64,000 bases of DNA from assembly GCA_964016885.1 (NCBI GenBank), contig OZ024743.1:84258001-84322000 (forward strand). Direction: 5' to 3'. Source of the DNA: Eledone cirrhosa. Its lineage: Eukaryota. Under the pieces are notes generated by a model. It had not been told where the DNA came from. It saw nothing but the letters and a program-made list of their open reading frames with translations, and did not search any database. Of this stretch, positions 1 to 12,739 are shown piece after piece (the first letter of the stretch is position 1; each line of letters begins with the position of its first letter). Made by a program: the position numbers and the translations under genes.

Positions 1-241
1 CGTTTTACGTCCGTTCTTCCACGCTAGCATGGGTTAGACGGGTTGTCCTGTTGTGGGCAGTGTCTGGTCGGCTGACCATGCCTTGCTCATACAGGAACTG
101 ATCTGGCTTGATTTCTACAGCTGGATGCCCTTCCTAACACCAACCTCATTTACAGTGAGTGCTGGGTGTATATGTACATTTATGTATGTGTATGTATATT
201 TATGTATGTGTATATATATGTATATTTATTTATTGACCTAG

Positions 242-400
242 CTTGTACACTGAAGACATCTGGTGGTGTGATGGATATTTTAAGTGGCAGTAAACCTGTC
301 GATAGTAGCAGCAGCACCGCCACCAACAGTGGAGGAATTCAGGCTGCTTCTACTCTGAAGACTGGCAGTGTGATGGATATACTGGGTGGCCAAAAGAAAG
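242..400 (+). CDS. NUP153: NUP153 internal exon (gene 5' part lies outside the window); twice-repeated LKTxG(S/G)VMDIL motif
   Basis: AG at 240-241, GT at 401, phase 1/1. Encodes (A)CTLKTSGGVMDILSG...LKTGSVMDILGGQKK, resembling the vertebrate NUP153 LKEGSVLDIL motif as I recall it. Splices in frame to the next exon. Confidence 0.85.
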
Positions 401-559
401 GTAATGTTCTATCTTTCTCATACTTTTAGTGTCTTGGTATGTCTAGCTACCTGCAGTCTCCACCAATCTTTATATTCACCTTTATTGGCAGTTTTCTGTT
501 GGAACTTTTTCACATATTCTCTTTTATCATCATTTACTGTCCATCTTCCCTATTGCTGC

Positions 560-900
560 TCCTCTTCCTCCTCCTCTCCCTAGCTGGTGATTGGGGGAGT
601 CTGTCCTCTCCACCAATATGCTGCTGGATGATGGACTCCGATGATGATGTTCTTCCACACTTTCCTGACCATGGCGCTGACCTTAGCATGGTCACAGTCA
701 AAGCACTGCGATTTCAGGTCCTCATTGATTTGTTTCACTCATGTCTTCAGTGCACTGTGCTGGATTCTCCAGTGCATGGGTCACTGTCATGACAAAAGTT
801 GGTGTGGTAGTTTTCTGGTGCTCATCCTGCAGATGTGGCCAAACTACTGTAGCCAGTTTTGCCAGATTTGGTCTTCAAAGGAACTCCTTGAGCTAGCAAG
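560..900 (-). mobile_element. Degraded RTE-like LINE 3' fragment
   Basis: Minus strand reads RLQ*FGHICRM...KLPHQLL, typical of the RTE ORF C-terminus, and ends in a GAG/GAA-rich tail. Confidence 0.5.
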
Positions 901-1168
901 GGTTAAACTATTTAAACATCTTACACACATACATTGTGCTATACTTATACATATATTACAATGGTTGTATTCTATTCATGTGGTTAAGTCATCGAAAGCG
1001 AAACTCTGAAAAGTAATCAATCTCAGATGTATGAGAAATTTGCCTCTACTAACAGTATTGAGTCCCCTCATCAGTAAATGTTTGTTTTTCATAATTTTAT
1101 GAGTTAACGACCCCAACACTAACATTTATATACACAGCTGTAGAAAATTTACTAAACAAAAGGTTTAA

Positions 1169-3654
1169 CCCTTTAGCATTCAAACCGACAAGATTATGTC
1201 CCCTTTCATTTATTCAAACCGACAAAAACCGACATTTAATACCACACGGAGATCTCCTTCTAAAAATAAACATTGACATCATCGAAATTACTGCGAGATA
1301 AAGCCCTTACGCGCGAAAATTAACTCTTAGTATAGTTAAAGAACTTGCGATAACACGTGTTTTTAATGTTGAAAGTGTAACGGCTTCCGAAAGTAGCGAC
1401 AACGAATTTGAAGGTTTTACGTCCGATGACATTCGAGATCAAAAAGAAACAGAAGATAATATCAGTGATTTATCTTCCAACGAATCAGATATATTTATTT
1501 CTGATATATCTGATGATGATGATAGTCACTTTGAAAGTGAAAGAGATTTGACTGACACCATTGAAAAAACACCAACGTGGTTGAAAGAAACAACACCGAT
1601 ACATGTTTCGATTTTACTGAAAATATTGGACCACAAAACACAGTACCACCCGGTGCTAAAGCACTGGATTATTTTTTTTTTATTTTTACCACAAACTTTC
1701 TTCGAAGTTGTGGCAGAAGAGACAAATCGCTATGCACAACAACAGATTTCTAATATCGGAAAACCCGATCTGTTATGGCGTCCGACAGATTCTGCCGAAA
1801 TGAAAGCGTTTTTTACCATAAACATTGTTTGGTATTAAACAATTTCCACGACTGTGGAATTATTGGAGTACTGATATAAGGTTTGGTGACCCTTATATAT
1901 CTAGTATTATGGCAAAAACGAGATTCATCAAATTAAACCAGTATTTCCATCTGGTTGATACTTCAAATGCCCCTGGTAGAAATGAATCAAATTACGACCC
2001 ACTGTACAAAGTACAACCATTAATTGAAATGTTATCAGAAAAATTTAAAAGTGTGTATATACCTGGAAAAAATCTTAGTGTTGATGAAGCTATGATTGGG
2101 TATAAGGGTAGGGTTCATTTCAGACGGTATAAGCCAGCTAAACCCACCAAATGGGGCATCAAAGTGTGGGAACTGTGTGAATCGGACACAGGATACTGTG
2201 TAAACTTTGATGTTTACACAGGAAAAAAACATAACGGAGAGAGAAAACACGGGTTGGGTTACGATGTTGTGTGGTCGCTGACTCAACCCTTCCACTTTCA
2301 ACACAGACATATTTATTTTGACCGTTTCTTTCTTCGGTGCTTTTAGCAGAGGGTCTTGCCCTTGTAAATACGTACACCTGCGGCACAATAATGAGCAATC
2401 GGAAAGGGCTACCCCAAGAAATAAAAGTTGCGAAACTTAAAACAGAGGGGACATTCTCCAAATGCAAAAAGGGAACATGTTAGCCACAGTGTTCAAAGAC
2501 AAACGGCAAATTTTGTTCTAACCAATAACCAGGTGTTGGGGCTGAGGGTAGACCTTTAGTTAACCTCTCCTACAATAAATATATGGGTGGGGTTGACAAA
2601 TCTGACCAGTACTGTGCTTATTACCCAGTTGGATGCCCTGGAAAGAAATGGTGGAGATACATCTTGTGGTTTTTAGTGAATTTAACCATTGTGAATTCTT
2701 TTATTGTATTTACTAAAAGCCACAAGGATCCGTCACCACCAAAGGACTACTGTCATGAAGTTTCGCATGGACATTGCATCCCAGCTACATGGAGGATATA
2801 CTTCTCGCAAACACAAAGCTGGGAAAAAATCAAAATTAGCAGTGGTCCACAAAGAAAATATTGATTTTCACAAAGTGGAGAGAATTGATGGTAGGAGGAG
2901 GTTTGCCGATTGTGCTCTTTGCAAAAGAGAAAAACTGTTAAAGGTTACGCAATCCAAACCCTATTTATGTGTTCCTTTTGCAAAGTGCCATGATGTAAAG
3001 GGTGTTTTGGGCAGTATCACGATAGAAATATTGAAAACAATATTTTTAAAATATATTAGAACACATATACAAAAACACCTGCGTCACACCTGTTAGTGAA
3101 CTTATATATTGGGAACATTCTGTTAGGTAAATTTACACCGTACATTGTGTAAGAGTACATTGCCAATATTATTTTGACTGGTGAAAAGGTTTTATACATT
3201 TTTTTTCAATGAAAATATTTGCCTGGAATGTAGAGAAAGACTAAAACCTTGTACTGATTACACCTGCATTTTTAATTAATTCACCTGTTTGGAAAACTGC
3301 TAGAATTGATGGAAATGAACATCTAGGTCATTATTGGATTTTTGTTGCAACAAATCTAACAGGTAAGGCAGATAAAGTTTAAATTTTTGTGTTTATCCAT
3401 AAAGTTATTACTTTTACACCTGTTAATTAATTTCACCTGCCCATAAAAGTCAAATTTAACAAAAAAAATTCAGGTAAAAATATGTTGTAAATTATAGTTA
3501 TTTAAACATCTAATGACAAAATTTCAAGTCTGCACATAGAAAATTAAAGTAATTACAAACAAATAAAATTGATAACCCTCTTGAGTATAATTAAGTGAAA
3601 ATAATGCGAATAGATGAACATGACGGTTGACAATTCAATGTGAATGCTAAAGGG
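1169..3654 (+). mobile_element. Full-length piggyBac DNA transposon (2486 bp)
   Basis: TTAA at 1165-1168 and 3655-3658. Perfect 14-bp TIR CCCTTTAGCATTCA / TGAATGCTAAAGGG. Subterminal AAACCGAC repeats. Internal transposase. Confidence 0.95.
1336..3030 (+). pseudogene. piggyBac (PGBD-like) transposase pseudogene
   Basis: Acidic N-terminus (SDNEFEGF). Catalytic-D motifs LSVDEAMIGYKGR, IYFDRFF and YNKYMGGVDKSDQ. KPTKWGIKVW, KKWWR and a Cys-rich C-terminus. Split over several frames. Boundaries approximate. Confidence 0.92.
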
Positions 3655-3894
3655 TTAAAGGACTGTTCAATTGTGTCAAGAACATGACAACCTTTCTAAT
3701 GTCAGTGCCACAATAAAATACACCCAGTACACTCTGTAAAGTGGTTGGCATTAGGAAGAGCATCCAACTCTAGAAACCATGCCAAAATCTGGACATATGT
3801 AAGTAAGACATGGTCCTTGGCCTATTTGGGAAGACATTAACTCTGATTAAATAATGATGACATTATTAACATATGTGTCAGAATGGTAAAATAA

Positions 3895-4085
3895 ACTGCA
3901 AAGTGGTGTAGCTGTTAACGACAAAAGACACCCAGCCCACATTGTAAAGTGGTGTAGGTGTCACGACAAAAGGCACACTGTAAAGTGGTATAGATGTCAT
4001 GACAAAAGGCACCCAGCCCACACTGTAAAGTGGTCGTGTCGGTGTCACAATAAAAAGCATACAGTACTCACTGTAAATGTAGATG
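3895..4085. repeat. Short tandem repeat (~35-45 bp, 4-5 copies) derived from a SINE segment
   Basis: ctgtaaagtggtgtaggtgtcacgacaaaaggcacccagcccaca repeats run directly into the SINE body. Confidence 0.7.
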
Positions 4086-4329
4086 GCGTTAAGAAGGGCA
4101 TCCAGCTATAGAAACCAAGCCAAAATCAGTTCTGTATGAGCAAGACATGGTCATCTGATCTAGTTAGTCTCACAACAGGTCAACTCGTCTAACCCATGCT
4201 ATCATGGAAAAACAGACATTAAACAATGATGATGATGACACAATCATACACATTCTGATGTACATAAATTTTTTGTTCATTTGATGAAACAAAAGGTTTC
4301 AACTAACCTTGTTATGTTATTGTTTCCAG

Positions 4330-4479
4330 AAACTTCTGAATCACAAGTTGACCCTTTGATGGCCAAATTCTTAAATTCTGACACATGGGATTGCGACACT
4401 TGTATGCTTCAGAATAAAGCTGAGGACAAGAAATGTATTGCATGTGAAACACCACGACCAGGTGCAGCTTCCAGTAAAG
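4330..4479 (+). CDS. NUP153: NUP153 exon, RanBP2-type zinc finger 1
   Basis: ttccag|...AAAG|gtttgt, phase 1/1, 150 nt. WDCDTCMLQNKAEDKKCIAC fits W-x-C-x2-C-x3-N-x6-C-x2-C. Confidence 0.93.
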
Positions 4480-5196
4480 GTTTGTTTGTTTTTAAAACAT
4501 CAGTACACTTTGTACGGTGGGAGTGTTGGGGCCCATGATAAAATCTACCCAGTATACACAGTAAAATAGTGCTGGTGCCGTTAGAGTTCACTCAGTACAT
4601 TAAAAAGAATAATTAATAAGTAATAACCTTAATAGATTATTGTAGCAATATTTATATAGATTATTGTATCAATATTTGATTAAATTAAGTATTTTTTGCT
4701 CCGTCATTAGACTGTTGCTGTGTTGGGGCACCACCTTATAGGGATTTAGTTTTTTTCATGTCAGCCCTAGTATGTATTTTTTAACGCCGGTACATATTCT
4801 TTTACCTTTTTTGTTGAACCTTTAAGTTATGGGACAAAGACATGGCCTGGGCCAATACTGGCCGAAAGCTATTAAAGTTATATATATGTAGATACGCACA
4901 CATATACAACATGCTTCTGCAGTTTTGATCTACCAAATTCCACTCAAGAGAACTTTTGTCAACCTGATGCTATTATGGTAGACACTTGCCCAAGGTGCCA
5001 TGCAGTAGGTCTGAACCTAGAACCATGTGGTTGTGAAGCAAACTCCTTAACCACTCAGCTATATCTGTACATATGTGGAAATAATTATTTTTTATAATCT
5101 ATCTCTATCATTATCACAATGAAATTCTAATCCATTAAATGCAATGTCAGTATTGTTGTTGTTTTGTTTGTCATATTTCTCTAATTATTTCTTCAG

Positions 5197-5361
5197 CTAC
5201 AACAAGTACAGCTAATATTGTCACCGACAGTCTGATGGCAAGGTTAATCAGTTCCCCTGATTCGTGGGAGTGTGAAACATGTATGCTTCAAAACAAACCA
5301 CAAGCCACAAAGTGCATTGCTTGTGCAGCACCAAAACCATCGACAGCATCACAACCAAAAG
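5197..5361 (+). CDS. NUP153: NUP153 exon, RanBP2-type zinc finger 2
   Basis: cttcag|...AAAG|gt, phase 1/1, 165 nt. WECETCMLQNKPQATKCIAC. Confidence 0.92.
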
Positions 5362-5939
5362 GTTTTTTAGAGTTTTATTCTTAATACTTATGAAATATAC
5401 TGATTTTGTTACTAACCCACATAGAACTGCTCCTATTATGAAAACCCCTTTTGTATTAAAGGGCTCATATTTTAATTTAAACTTTCCATTATAATTTTAT
5501 GTAAGAACCTTTTCTTTAAATATAAGCTAAACATTAACTTAATAAGAAAGTTAGTTCCTCTTCTTCTTCACCCACTTATTCCTGAGAGGGTTGTGGGGTT
5601 AGAGCCTTCAAACACTGCTTCCAATGGGTCCTGTCAGAAGCAACTGTTTCCAACTGATCCGGCTGAATCCCCAAGTGAGACCAGCAGAGCTCATGGATGT
5701 TATTCAACCATCTTGCTCTAGGTCTTCTGCCAGTAAAATCTGCCGAAAAAGTTTAATTTACTAAATCCTTTGAAATTCTTGATTATTTAAATGAAAAATT
5801 TCAGGCTTTCGTTAGAAATATGGTAATGAAAAGTGAATTGTTTTCATGTTACATTAAATGTCTACACCCATTCTGCTATATTTATATTCTGTGATTTTTA
5901 AAGAAATTTAAATAGATTTTTTTTTTTTTTAAATTTTAG

Positions 5940-6125
5940 TTGGGGTACCTTCAAAACCTGATAGCTTGATGGCCAAATTTCTACAGCCATCTGATTCATG
6001 GGACTGTGACACGTGCATGCTTCAGAATAAAGCAGAAGCTACAAAATGCATTGCTTGTGAATCACCCAGGCCTGGTTATAAACCAACACTGTCTTCTACT
6101 GTTGCTCCAACTTTACCTGAAAAGG
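5940..6125 (+). CDS. NUP153: NUP153 exon, RanBP2-type zinc finger 3
   Basis: Poly-T tract then ttttag|...AAGG|gtttgt, phase 1/1, 186 nt. WDCDTCMLQNKAEATKCIAC. Confidence 0.92.
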
Positions 6126-6917
6126 GTTTGTTTATTGTTTTCTTTATCTCATTTTATTCTACATTCAATTACATCTGTTGATTCTTCTCTCAGTAGACCA
6201 ATTTTCTGTAACCTCTCTTGTTTATTATACAATCTCTCTCTCTCATTCTCAAGGAAAATGGTCGATAAATTATGATATATAACATTATCATATATATATA
6301 TATATTATGGTGAATTCGCAAAGTCATTAGAACTTTGGTTAGAATGCTTTGCAGTATTCATTCTAGCTCACTGCACTCTGTTCAAATCCAGCTGAGGTCA
6401 ACTTCGCTTTCAGCCATTCAATGTCGATAAAAAACCAACAGTACCAATGCAGCGTTGGAGTTGATTTTTTCTCACTTCTCTATCACTCTCGTTTTCTGGA
6501 AAGAAATCAGCTATGCGCAAGACATGCCATATCATTATGGGGTCTCTGTGACTTTATCAAAAGTTAAGAGTCCATACATCATGTATTATGACTACATGCT
6601 CCCTGATAGATATAACCTGTATGTACAACAGGTGGATGGAAAGGGAAGAGATGGGTTGGTCCCATCTCTAATATTGTCTATATTTTAATTGGCAGAGTTG
6701 TTTCAGGATCTCTCCACTCTGAGTTCAAATCCCTCTGAACTTGATAAATTAGTACTGGTCAAAGAGTGGTGGACTGTCAAATGTTGTGCTTGGTGCTATC
6801 CTGCCTCCTGATAGTATCAACAATGGAAAAATGGTTTCTTTTATCCAATACAGACTGAACCTTTTTTTTTCTTTCTTTTTCTTGTTAATATTAACTAAAT
6901 ATTATTTTATTTGGCAG

Positions 6918-7061
6918 TTGATCCGTTGATGGCTAAATTCCTGAAACCTGCTGATTCTTGGGAATGCAGTGTGTGTATGTTAGAGAATAAAGGAACAGAT
7001 AGAGCATGTGTTGCTTGTCAAACTGCCAATCCCAATGCTCCAGCTGCAACACCATCTTCAA
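6918..7061 (+). CDS. NUP153: NUP153 exon, RanBP2-type zinc finger 4 (not in the ORF track)
   Basis: tggcag|...TCAA|gtgagt, phase 1/1, 144 nt. DPLMAKFLKPADSWECSVCMLENKGTDRACVACQTANP. Confidence 0.92.
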
Positions 7062-7220
7062 GTGAGTAAATTCCTCCACTAGTTGTTTTCTCCATAGTTT
7101 AGTTTCAGACCCCCTCCCAGACAAATAAGGGTGCTACTTCAGTGGGCAGTCTATTACAGTATCTCTAGTCTATGCTGTGTAATGATCTGACCTGACTGCC
7201 TGCTTAGGGTTCAAGTAGGC

Positions 7221-7630
7221 CACACACTGAACAGTAAATGACCAGGTAAACCATACACTGAACAGTAAATGACCAGGTAAACCACACACTGAACAGTAAA
7301 TGACCAGGTAAACCACACACACACTGAACAGTAAATGACCAGGTAGACTACACTGAACAGTAAATGACCAGGTAAACCACACACACACTGAACAGTAAAT
7401 GACCAGGTAAACCACACACACACTGAACAGTAAATGACCAGGTAAACCACACACACACTGAACAGTAAATGACCAGGTAGACTACACTGAACAGTAAATG
7501 ACCAGGTAGATTACACTGAACAGTAAATGACCAGGTAGATCACACACTAAAGTGTAAATGGCCAGGTAGACCACACTGAATTGTAAATGACCAGGTAGCC
7601 TGCACGCTAAAGTGTAAATGATCTGGTAGA
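7221..7630. repeat. Minisatellite, 29-35 bp, about 13 copies
   Basis: Unit (ca)n-ctgaacagtaaatgaccaggta(a/g)ac. Confidence 0.95.
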
Positions 7631-7774
7631 TGAGGTACAGGTCAGCCAAGCATTGAAGTGGCACTCATATTAGTTAGTGTCTAACTTATCTGGATTTTGT
7701 GTTATTTGAAATCTGGCTTGATTTCTTCATACACATTTCAACAATATATATTAGATTTTGTACATGTTTCAACA

Positions 7775-7821
<47 letters not shown>

Positions 7822-8449
7822 AAATAGAAATATTAACACCACCAGAAAGGAAATCTTCATAAAATCATCTATTTTAGGTGTTTGTAGATATAACAATGAT
7901 TTCATTTTCAACATAATAGTGACATCAAACAACAGTAAAGTATGTAGATAATAATGGTTTCTAACATTGGCACAAGGCCAGCAATTTTAGGGAAGCAGCA
8001 AGTTGATTATGCCAACACCAGTACTTTACTTTCTCAACCTCGGGGCGATGAAAGACAGTTTATTTTGGCCGAATTTGAACTGATAGCGTAAAGAGCTGGA
8101 ACAAATACTGCTAAGCATTTTATTCAATAATGGCATAAGGCTAATAATTTAGTGAGGAAAGGGAAAGTCATTTATACTGATTCCCAGTTCATAACTGGTA
8201 CCTTATTTTATCAATCCTGGAAGGATGAAATGCAAATTTGACCTGAACAGGATTTGAACTCGGAGTGTAAAGAGCCAGAACAAATACTGCTATGCATTTT
8301 ATCAGAAATGTGTGTATATAATTAATGACAGTAATGTACCGTGTATAAAATGTAAGGTGGGGGGATGTCTTTTTCTTTTCTTTTTTTTCTTTTTTTTTTT
8401 TTACCATATTGGTTATATTAAAATACATTTAGCTTTCTTTTACTGGCAG

Positions 8450-8647
8450 ATGCTGCTAGCCATTGTTTGTCTCAGACTGAACCACAGTCAGTTGGGACCA
8501 GTAACTGTCAGCTTGATAAAGCCTTGTCTATGTGGAAATGTGATACATGTCTCGTCTCCAATCCACTACATTTTAGAAAATGTATTGCTTGTGACACCCC
8601 GCATATCAAGCCTGCAGTTATGGCCACTATTGCTGCCAATTCCTCAG
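8450..8647 (+). CDS. NUP153: NUP153 exon, divergent RanBP2-type zinc finger 5
   Basis: tggcag|...TCAG|gtaaga, phase 1/1, 198 nt. WKCDTCLVSNPLHFRKCIACDTP. Confidence 0.82.
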
Positions 8648-8857
8648 GTAAGATATTGTCATATTGCTGTCTACTTGCCTACTGTTTGGCTGCAGCTTGA
8701 CTGACCATTATGGGCAGAACAGTCAGTTCATGACCCACTGACCCTCTAACCTCACTATCACACCTTTATCTTGCAGATACTACCCATAGCAGCTTTATAT
8801 GCAAGTCTCTTTCACTCTTTCTCTCTGCTTCGCATTTAAAACTAGTCTTGAATATTG

Positions 8858-9497
8858 CTTGATATTCAAATTTGAGGGTGCCCTCAACTATAACTTGATA
8901 TACAGACCCGAGGGTACACTCAATTAGAACTTGATATACAGACTTGAGGGTACACTCAACTATAACTTGATATACAGACTTGAGGGTACACTCAACTATA
9001 ACTTGATATACAGACCTGAGGGTACACTCAACTATAACTTGATATACAGACTTGAGGGTACACTCAACTATAACTTGATATACAGACCTGAGGATACACT
9101 CAACTATAACTTGATATACAGACTTGAGGGTACACTCAACTATAACTTGATATACAGACTTGAGGGTACACTCAACTATAACTTGATATACAGACTTGAG
9201 AGTACACTCAACTATAACTTGATATACAGACTTGAGGGTACACTCAACTATAACTTGATATGCAGACCTGAGGGTACACTCAACTATAACTTGATATACA
9301 GACTTGAGGGTACACTCAACTATAACTTGATATACAGACTTGAGGGTACACTCAACTATGACTTGATATACAGACTTGAGGGTACACTCAACTTGATTTA
9401 CAGACCTGAGGGTGCACTTAACTTGATATACAGACATGAGGGTACACTCAAATATAACTTGTTATACAGATTTGAGGGTACTCTCAGCTATAACTAG
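8858..9497. repeat. Minisatellite, 36 bp, about 17 copies
   Basis: Unit gacttgagggtacactcaactataacttgatataca. Confidence 0.97.
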
Positions 9498-9619
9498 TTT
9501 ATCATTATCATCATCATCATCATCATATAATAATAAGCATGTTTTTATATAATTCACTTGACCAAACTGAATGACCTGTGCAACTATGTCATTATATAAT
9601 TATTCCTTAATTAGTTAAT

Positions 9620-9842
9620 AGCCCTTGGTCAGTTCTTGACCTAGAAGTTGGTCCCTGGTCAGTTCTTGCTTAGTCATATAACACACAGGAGGTGGCCCTG
9701 GTCAGTTTTTGTCTAGGTCTATAACACACAGGAGGTGGCCCTGGTCAGTTTTTGTCTAGGTCTATAACACACAGGAGGTGGTTCCTGGTCAGTTTTTGTC
9801 TAGGCCTATAACACACACAGGAGGTAGTACTTGGTCAGTTCT
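9620..9842. repeat. Minisatellite, about 43 bp, about 5 copies
   Basis: Unit ggtcagtttttgtctaggtctataacacacaggaggtggccct. Confidence 0.9.
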
Positions 9843-10849
9843 ACACGCATGCACATGAATGTATATAATCATGTTTGTGTGTAAACCAGTTTAGAATAGG
9901 TACATTGTTGTAAGAGGTCACTAAAAAGTTAGTTCCATGAAGGGTATCTGGCCATAAAACCTGAATGAAGTCTTGCATTGGGTCCACTTTAACATGGTAA
10001 AATGGCCTTTAAATGCTGTTTTGTTTATGCCTTTTTTATCTCTATGTATGTCCACATTGACATGACTTATGCAACATGACATTTGTTTATGCCTTCCATA
10101 AACAATGTGTCACAGTGCAGTAGGTTTTACACTTGCAGATCAATGGGATAAAGTACCTTACTTAAAAGCAAATAAATGTTGGTATTGGGAAGGGGAGCTA
10201 GATGTAGAATACTGCCCCATGGAATCCTATAACAGCTGGAAAAAGGTGATATTGTTGCTGGCCCACTGAACTTAACCCTTTCATAACCACATTTCTAATT
10301 AAATAGTTCAAATAATTAATAAAGAATTCTAACGAGTTTACTAAAATTATGTTGGAAGATTTTAATTTATATGCGGTGGTTGTGTTTCCTAAACTCACAT
10401 CCAGAATTAGTCAGATTGGTATCAAAAGGATTCTTTCATTAGATTGATACAGTGTTAACTTATTTCTGTTGATAAAATTGGATTCCTTGTTCATGGAAAC
10501 CAATGTCATATAAATTATATATATATATAATATATATATATATAGATTAGATGAGTTAACTCAACCATATAAGGCAAAAAAAAATTCAAAGCTCAAATGT
10601 GATTTTATAGTCCACAGCAATATATGTAAATGACAGTTCAGAGTTTAATCCAATTGGCAAATTTCCAATCACAGTAGTTTTACAATATCACAGAACATAT
10701 ATGAAATTAATAAAAATAACCAGGACTAAGTAATTTAATGTAATTTATTCCTGATTATTTTTATTCAATTTACTCATACATATATATACACACACACTCA
10801 CTACTTTTGGAAGTTGTTTTTAAAGCATAGTAGCTAGAAAAAGTTCAAG

Positions 10850-11490
10850 GAGCTACTGCTGCTGTTGACAAGAGACAAGAGTAGGATTTTCTGTCTAAGC
10901 AAAAGACAGATGGTATGGTGTCTGTGTGCAAAGCGCAATGCTGCATGGTAGAGACTTGGGCAGTGAATGCAAGGGATATGCAAAGACTGGACAAAAATTA
11001 ATTGAGCCTTCTCTGAGAGATGTGTAATGTTAATCATCATCATTTAACATCTATTTTTCCACATTATGAGACAAGTCTGGCCAGTTGGCTGCACTGTACC
11101 TTGCTTAAACAGAACTGGATTTTGGCTGGATTTTTTACAGCTGGATGCCCTTGACATCAACCACGTTTCCAGTTAATGTGTATGAAAAATGAAGTATGGA
11201 GTTGAGAGAGAAACTAGGCTTAAGAGAAATCAGAAGTTGCAACCAGGAGAGATCATATTGATGTGAACATGTAATGTGTATGGTGATGATTGTTGAGTGA
11301 AGAAGTACTGAGTGATCCTAGTGGAAGGAAGTTGAAGAGGAAGACCAAGGAAAACCTGGGTTGATGTATTGAGAGATGATTTCAAATCACTGAACCCTCA
11401 CAGGGAAGATGATGAAAGAACACAGTAGGTGGAGAGGGGTTGTGCTGGAGAAAACCTGTCCAACCCATGTATACATGGAAATATGAGGAA
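10850..11490 (+). mobile_element. Degraded RTE-like LINE fragment interrupted by a SINE; relatives at 26500-26720 and 31795-32160
   Basis: KFKELLLLLT..., LHGRETWAV..., RGRPRKTW-like remnants. The 3' end resembles the SINE tail. Confidence 0.55.
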
Positions 11491-12739
11491 AATAATGTGA
11501 GAGATACTTACGTTATCTCTTTGGTCCCAACCAGTGGGCTGTAGCCATGCTAGTATGGTCATCATGTGTGTGTATGATGTATATGTAGAGCTGTGTATAC
11601 AATGAGGAAAAGGGTGATATTTGTCTAAATATTCATCTAAAGCATCAGCAAATACTGATTTTTGTGCTATGTTCGTTGCATCATGTGTTAATTCTCATAG
11701 GGGCACAAAAAGAAGGATTTTTTTTAATTTTATGTCAGTATATAACACATTGTAGATGGGTGTCAACTGGATGTGTATGTATATGTTTAAAATAAAATAT
11801 GTATGGATGTGCTAGTGCTATGATAAAATTCATCCAGTACACTCTGTAAAGTTGTTGGTATTAGAAAGGGCATCCCGCTGTAGAAACCATGCTAAAATAT
11901 GGAATGTTTGAGCAAGACCTGGCATTCTGACCCAACTAGACTTGGACCATGGCAATCTATCTCACCCATGCCATCGTTGTAGCTATATTAACTTCACAGA
12001 ATGGTCCAAAGTGTAGGGATGAGATGGAAGGGATCGGTTATAGACTGGTAAGGAGGTGCCAAAATAGGTCATGTTAAACTAGCCATGGTCAAAGTACCGT
12101 CTCTGGTTAGATTCTTTCTAAAGACTTAGCTGTGAACACTTGGGACTTTGTACTGGGTTTTCTGGCAATATAACCAGCCTGGCGAACGCATGTGAAGAAT
12201 AACTATCAGCCTTATAATCCCTTTAGGAGAAGTGTCTATGGTTTTATACCAACACTACTATATAGCATAACTGGATATATTAAATACTAATAATTCAAAT
12301 AATGGAATAAATTTTATGATGTGGCTAAGAAGAGAATTGTATCCCCTTTGCTACTTTATTTTTAATGAAATGCACTTCATAATGTCTATCAATTAATTTT
12401 AAAAATTTAATATCTAGCTTATTGATTACTAGGGTGGTGTTTAAAACATTACTTAACAAAAATTTCATAAATAATATGATGAAAGCTTTAAATATAAGTA
12501 TAAACAGTTGTGTATCATAAAACTAGTGGGGTTCAGGCAGGTTAGTATCAAAAGGCTTAATCTGTTTTATACCAGACTACCTAGAGCTGCTCCAAGTCCT
12601 ACAATACAAAACTTTATTTTTAAAGTGTTTATATTTATCTAAAAAACTTTCCATCATAATTTTATGTAAGAACCTTTATTTTCCAGACACCAGAAAGTTA
12701 GTTATATTATTAAATAATTCCAATTTCTTGGTTATTTAA

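Noticed and set aside
8766-9497. 12-aa repeat ORFs on both strands
   Set aside because: 36-bp minisatellite with no supporting splice structure or domain.
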